Below are positions 7,710 through 11,449 of a stretch of 11,449 nucleotides of DNA, piece by piece. The notes under the pieces are model-generated. The model made no database searches. It worked only from the letters and a program-made list of their open reading frames with translations, and was not told where the DNA came from. The translations under genes were made by a program, and so were the position numbers. This stretch comes from Gemmatimonadota bacterium (GTDB lineage Bacteria; Gemmatimonadota; Gemmatimonadetes; Longimicrobiales; RSA9). The DNA lies in NCBI GenBank assembly GCA_040905425.1, contig JBBDRO010000031.1, positions 36,030-47,478 of the forward strand, given 5' to 3'. Within the stretch, counting starts at the first letter, position 1, and every line of letters starts with the position of its first letter.

Positions 7710-7736
7710 GAACCGGACCCGGCGGCTGAGGGTTCC
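7710..7736 (-). promoter_or_regulatory. ECF (SigR/SigH-type) promoter upstream of the membrane protein/flavodoxin operon
   Basis: Minus strand GGAACCCTCAGCCGCCGGGTCCGGTTC = GGAAC(7736-7732)-N18-GTT(7713-7711), downstream of the fasciclin terminator. Confidence 0.78.
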
Positions 7737-7784
7737 TGAGGTCCTGGACCGCGTGGCCGCGCGTCGGGCCGCTGCGCGGGTGGT

Positions 7785-7833
7785 GGGGAGAAAGGAGCGG
7801 GGGGAGGCCACCAAAGGCGCCTCCCCCCGCTCC
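7785..7833 (-). terminator. Intrinsic terminator of the fasciclin gene
   Basis: Perfect 15-bp stem GGAGCGGGGGGAGGC(7794-7808)/GCCTCCCCCCGCTCC(7819-7833), 10-nt loop, followed on the minus strand by TTTCT. Confidence 0.82.
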
Positions 7834-7875
7834 ACCCGACCGGCTGCGCGTGCATCCCGCGTCGGGTAGCCCTCC

Positions 7876-8424
7876 TCAGCGCCGCACGGCCGCCGTCGCC
7901 TCCCGGGGAAGCATGACCGCGTCGATGACGTGGATGACCCCGTTGGAGGCATCCACGTCGGCCTGCACGACGGTGGCGCCGTTCACCATCACCTTGCCAT
8001 CCACAACCCGGACGTCGAGCACCTGGCCCTGGGCCGTCGTGGGTGTGGCGCTGCCAGCCCGCAGCACGTCGGCGGCACCGATCCGGCCGGGCACTACGTG
8101 ATACTTCAGGATCTCGGCCAGGCGCGCAGGGTCCTGGAGCAGCGCCTCGACCGTGCCCTCGGGCAGCTTCGCGAACGCGGCATCGGTGGGAGCGAAGACG
8201 GTGAACGGGCCCTTGCTTTGCAGCGTGGCGACCAGGCCCGCGGCCTTCGCGGCGGCCAGGAGCGTCTGGAAGCTACCGGCGTCAACGGCGACGCCTACGA
8301 TGTCCTTCGTGGTGTGATTCTGCATGGTGTGGTCCCCGGTGGAATGGTTCTGCGCCCACGCGGTCGTGGGCGTCATGAGGGCGAGCGTCAGCAACACGGT
8401 CGCCGGAACGGTGGAGCGTGTCAT
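7876..8424 (-). CDS. Secreted single-domain fasciclin (FAS1) protein
   Basis: AGGAGA SD before ATG8424. Signal peptide ending AWA-Q. FAS1 motifs [20 protein letters not shown] and [13 protein letters not shown]. Confidence 0.93.
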   Translation of the reverse strand: MTRSTVPATVLLTLALMTPTTAWAQNHSTGDHTMQNHTTKDIVGVAVDAGSFQTLLAAAKAAGLVATLQSKGPFTVFAPTDAAFAKLPEGTVEALLQDPARLAEILKYHVVPGRIGAADVLRAGSATPTTAQGQVLDVRVVDGKVMVNGATVVQADVDASNGVIHVIDAVMLPREATAAVRR

Positions 8425-8445
8425 GGCAGTTCTCCTGGTCAATGT

Positions 8446-8521
8446 TGTCCATATCATGTCCAGGACAATACCATGCCCACTTCCCGGTGTCGAGGGCCTT
8501 GTCCTGGACAGCACGTTGACA
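8446..8521. promoter_or_regulatory. Pair of inverted CarH/LitR-type operators
   Basis: Minus strand TTGTCCTGGACA-TGATA-TGGACA (8468-8446) and plus strand TTGTCCTGGACA-GCACG-TTGACA (8499-8521); TnnACA cores 11 bp apart in each. Confidence 0.78.
8465..8493 (-). promoter_or_regulatory. sigma70-type promoter of the fasciclin gene
   Basis: Minus strand TCGACA(8493-8488)-N17-TATTGT(8470-8465) with extended -10 TGn. Confidence 0.65.
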
Positions 8522-8544
8522 GCCCCGTGGGCGACCGGTAGGAT
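8516..8544 (+). promoter_or_regulatory. sigma70-type promoter of the carH-like gene (probably leaderless)
   Basis: TTGACA(8516-8521)-N17-TAGGAT(8539-8544), with ATG8550 only 5 nt downstream. Confidence 0.75.
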
Positions 8545-8549
8545 GGAGC

Positions 8550-9488
8550 ATGGACACCGCAAACGAGGACGCTATCCACCCCATCGGCGTGGCGGCGGCA
8601 CGAGCGGGGATCAGCCCCGATCTCGTCCGCGCCTGGGAGCGCCGATACCGGGTGGTCGAGCCCGGGCGAGACGATGCCGGTCGACGGGTCTACACGTCCG
8701 CCGACATCGCCCGGCTCCGCATGCTCGCCCGGGCCACCGATGGAGGCCGCTCCATCGGACAGGTGGCGGAATTGGCGCCGCGCGCCCTGGCCGAGCTCAT
8801 CCGGGAGGACGACGCGGCCCGGCGGGCCGACGCGCCTTCCACGGTGGTCCCCGAGGGTACGGCCCGGGTCGTGGAGGCGGCGCTCGAACATGGACGGAGG
8901 CTGGACGCTCCGGCGTTGGAGGCGCTACTGCTCCGTTCGTCAGCGGTGCACGGCGTACCGCTCCTGCTGCGGGGCGTACTCGTTCCCCTGTTCCGGGAAG
9001 TGGGCGAGCTGTGGCACCAGGGCCTCCTGACCCCGCCCCAGGAGCACCTCGTCACCGCCACGGTGAGAGGGGTGCTGGCCCGGGTGCTGGGCGGCATACC
9101 CGCGGCCGACGACGCGCCCAGGCTCATGGTGGCCACCACCGCCGGGGAGCGGCACGAGATCGGTGCGCTCCTTGCCGCGGCGGCCGCCACCGTGGAGGGC
9201 TGGAGTGTGACCTATCTGGGCGCTGACCTGCCGGCGGCGGACATTGCCGTGGCCGCCCGGGAGGTGCGGGCCCGGGCGGTAGCGGTGAGCGCTGTCTACG
9301 CCCCGAGCCTGGAGGCGCTGGTCATGGAACTGGAGACGCTTCGGGACGCCCTCCCCGATGACGTGACCCTCCTGGTGGGAGGGGCCGCGGGGGCCAGCGC
9401 ATGCCAGCGCCTGGGGAACCAGGGCATCCGGGCTCCGGGAGACCTGGACGGGCTCCAGGGGCACCTGCGGGCGCTGGTCCGACGATGA
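8550..9488 (+). CDS. carH: CarH/LitR-family MerR regulator with B12-binding domain (putative adenosylcobalamin photoreceptor)
   Basis: MerR HTH with RAWERRY and wing RRVY. W-x9-EH motif ([12 protein letters not shown]), ExHxxG (GERHEIG), [12 protein letters not shown] and the VGG Rossmann end. Confidence 0.88.
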   Translation: MDTANEDAIHPIGVAAARAGISPDLVRAWERRYRVVEPGRDDAGRRVYTSADIARLRMLARATDGGRSIGQVAELAPRALAELIREDDAARRADAPSTVVPEGTARVVEAALEHGRRLDAPALEALLLRSSAVHGVPLLLRGVLVPLFREVGELWHQGLLTPPQEHLVTATVRGVLARVLGGIPAADDAPRLMVATTAGERHEIGALLAAAAATVEGWSVTYLGADLPAADIAVAAREVRARAVAVSAVYAPSLEALVMELETLRDALPDDVTLLVGGAAGASACQRLGNQGIRAPGDLDGLQGHLRALVRR

Positions 9489-10966
9489 GCCCCGAAAGGC
9501 GCGTCCTCCTCACCGGCGCCACCGGCTACGTAGGGGGGCGGCTGCTCGGGCCCCTCCTGGAGAGCGGCCTGGTGGTCCGGGCCCTGTCCCGAAGGCCCCA
9601 TGAGCTCCGGGGTCGGGTGTCCGCGACGGTGGAGGTGGTGGGAGGCAACGTTCTCGACGCCGCCTCCCTCCCCGGGGTCCTGCAGGACGTGGACACCGCC
9701 TTCTATCTGGTCCACTCCATGGGCGCGCCGGGGGACTTCCAGGAGGAGGACCGCCAGGCCGCCCGCAATTTTGCCCGGGCGGCGCTGCAGACCGGCGTGC
9801 GCCGGGTGATCTACCTCGGCGGCCTGGGCAGGGCCACCCACCACTCGCCGCACCTGGCCAGTCGCCACGAGGTGGGAGAGATACTGCGGACCGAGGGCCC
9901 GCCTACGCTGGAGCTACGCGCCTCGGTGATCCTGGGCTCGGGCAGCCTGTCCTTCGAGATGGTGCGGGCGCTGGTGGAACGCCTCCCTGCCATGGTGACG
10001 CCACGCTGGATCGACCGCCTCACACAGCCCATTGCCATCGAGGACGTGCTGGCGTACCTAGTGGCCGCCGTGGACGTCCCGGTGGAGGGCAGTCAGGTGG
10101 TGGAGATCGGGGGGCCCGATCAGGTCAGCTACCGGGGGCTGATGGACGAGTACGCGCGGCAGCGGGGGCTGCGCAGACTCGTGGTCCCCATCCCGTTGCT
10201 CACGCCGCGCCTCTCCTCCCTCTGGCTGGGGCTCGTCACACCGCTCTACGCCCGCGTGGGCCGCAAGCTCATCGACAGCGTCCGCTACGACACGGTGGTG
10301 GAGTCGGACCGGGCCCGGGGGGTCTTCCCCGGCATCAACCCCATGGGAGTCCCGGAGGCCATAGCCCGCTCGCTGGTCATGGAGGACCGGGCTTTCGCCG
10401 AGACGCGGTGGTCCGACGCCCGCTCCGCCGCGGGGGACCCGTCCCCCTTCGGAGGGGAGCGCTTCGGCTCCCGTCTGGTGGACACCCGGACCGTCCGCTT
10501 GGAGGTGTCCCCGGCACGGGCCTTCGGCCCGGTGCGCCGCATCGGCGGGAGCGTCGGCTGGTACTTTGCCGACCGCCTCTGGCGGATACGGGGGTTCCTG
10601 GACCTGCTGGTGGGGGGCCCGGGACTGCGGCGAGGGCGGCGGGACCCGGAGATCCCCGCCGTGGGGGACGCCGTCGACTTCTGGCGGGTGGAGGCCTATG
10701 AGCCCGACCGGCTCCTGCGGCTCATGGCCGAGATGCGACTTCCGGGGCGCGCCTGGCTCCAGTTCGAGGTGGAGGCGGACGGAGCGGGTGGCTCGCGGTT
10801 GCGGCAGACCGCCCTCTTCGACCCGGCCGGCGTCCTGGGCCTGCTCTACTGGTACACCCTGTGGCCCCTGCACTCTATGGTTTTCGGTGGGTTGCTCGCG
10901 GGCATCGCCGCGTCGGCGAGGGCGGGGCAAGGCACCGGGTCGGCGGCGGCGGAGACCCAGCCCTGA
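9485..10966 (+). CDS. YbjT-like atypical SDR/NAD(P)-binding protein with C-terminal DUF2867 domain
   Basis: ATGA overlap with the carH stop. VLLTGATGYVGGRL, YLVHSM, HLASRHEV, GSGSLSFEM, QPIAIEDVL; C-terminal IGG..GW, VDFWRVE, AEMRLPGRAWL, LYWY.L.PLH. Confidence 0.9.
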   Translation: MSPERRVLLTGATGYVGGRLLGPLLESGLVVRALSRRPHELRGRVSATVEVVGGNVLDAASLPGVLQDVDTAFYLVHSMGAPGDFQEEDRQAARNFARAALQTGVRRVIYLGGLGRATHHSPHLASRHEVGEILRTEGPPTLELRASVILGSGSLSFEMVRALVERLPAMVTPRWIDRLTQPIAIEDVLAYLVAAVDVPVEGSQVVEIGGPDQVSYRGLMDEYARQRGLRRLVVPIPLLTPRLSSLWLGLVTPLYARVGRKLIDSVRYDTVVESDRARGVFPGINPMGVPEAIARSLVMEDRAFAETRWSDARSAAGDPSPFGGERFGSRLVDTRTVRLEVSPARAFGPVRRIGGSVGWYFADRLWRIRGFLDLLVGGPGLRRGRRDPEIPAVGDAVDFWRVEAYEPDRLLRLMAEMRLPGRAWLQFEVEADGAGGSRLRQTALFDPAGVLGLLYWYTLWPLHSMVFGGLLAGIAASARAGQGTGSAAAETQP

Positions 10967-11199
10967 ACTACCACGCAGCGCTGGCTGTGCTACCGCCTGG
11001 ATCCTTGCACTCCAACGTCGCGATCTCCCGCCGAAGGTCAATCGTCTGGACGATTGAACGCTGCAGGGAGAACCACCAAAAAAATTGCGGGAATACCCGG
11101 GCGCTGGCCAAGGAGTACACCCAGGCCCTCGAGGAGCCGGCCGCTATCGACGGGAGCGGCAGATCCGCGGAGGTGGCCGGGGCGGACGGGCTGGTCAGC

Positions 11200-11449
11200 A
11201 TGCACACGGCGGGAGCCGCAGATGCCGGTGCCCCGGACGCTCCGCCCGCCGAGACCGCACCGCTCGATCCCGCCCGGCGAGCCGCCTGCTCCCGCTGGGC
11301 GCGCCTCATCGCCCGCATCTACGAGATCTCGCCCCTCGGCTGCCCCAACTGCGGCGCTGAGATGCGCATCCTGGCTTTCCCTACCGACCCCCCAGTCATC
11401 GTGGCCATCCTGCGCCACCTGGACCTGCCCACCCGTCCGCCCGCGCTAT
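11200..11449 (+). mobile_element. IS91-family transposase C-terminal remnant (runs off the window)
   Basis: Frame +1 from 11281 reads AACSRWARLIARIYEISPLGCPNCGAEMRILAFPTDPPVIVAILRHLDLPTRPPAL, the characteristic WARL..RIYE..PL.CP.CG..MRI.AF..D..V...IL.HL tail. No HUH/Y2 catalytic region is recognisable upstream. Confidence 0.72.

Noticed and set aside
8405..8431. GGAAC-N19-GTT on the plus strand upstream of carH
   Set aside because: Spacing is off by one, it lacks the shared GGAACC/CCKGTT context, and it overlaps the fasciclin coding start; likely chance.
11009..11100. Integron attC site
   Set aside because: No proper RYYYAAC/GTTRRRY core pair around the hairpin and no integrase in the window.
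51..11418. Numerous long alternative-frame and antisense ORFs in the track
   Set aside because: Arg/Gly/Pro-rich shadow ORFs expected in high-GC DNA; they overlap well-supported genes and have no recognisable motifs.

Overview
High-GC bacterial window; a Gemmatimonadota-like origin is a guess from gene content only. It carries a compact stress-response island built from two regulatory modules. (1) A SigR/SigH-like ECF sigma factor and its zf-HC2 (HxxxCxxC) anti-sigma. Four copies of a GGAACC-N14-CC(G/T)GTT motif (= GGAAC-N18-GTT) lie upstream of the sigma gene itself, a DsrE-family gene, a cytochrome P460-family lipoprotein operon that also contains an alpha/beta-hydrolase-OsmC fusion, and a Met-rich membrane protein/flavodoxin operon. 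This looks like a self-contained thiol-redox regulon whose units are partly insulated by terminators. (2) A CarH/LitR-type B12-binding MerR photoregulator, divergent from a secreted fasciclin gene and coupled to a YbjT-like SDR/DUF2867 gene, with two mirror-image TTGTCCTGGACA-N5-T(G/T)GACA operators over back-to-back sigma70 promoters. The window also holds a rhodanese lipoprotein, a Pro-rich lipoprotein, two decayed genes (an AhpD-like peroxidase with an internal deletion and the C-terminal half of a TIGR04283-like glycosyltransferase) and an IS91-like transposase C-terminal remnant at the right edge. Family assignments come from motif recognition, not database searches.
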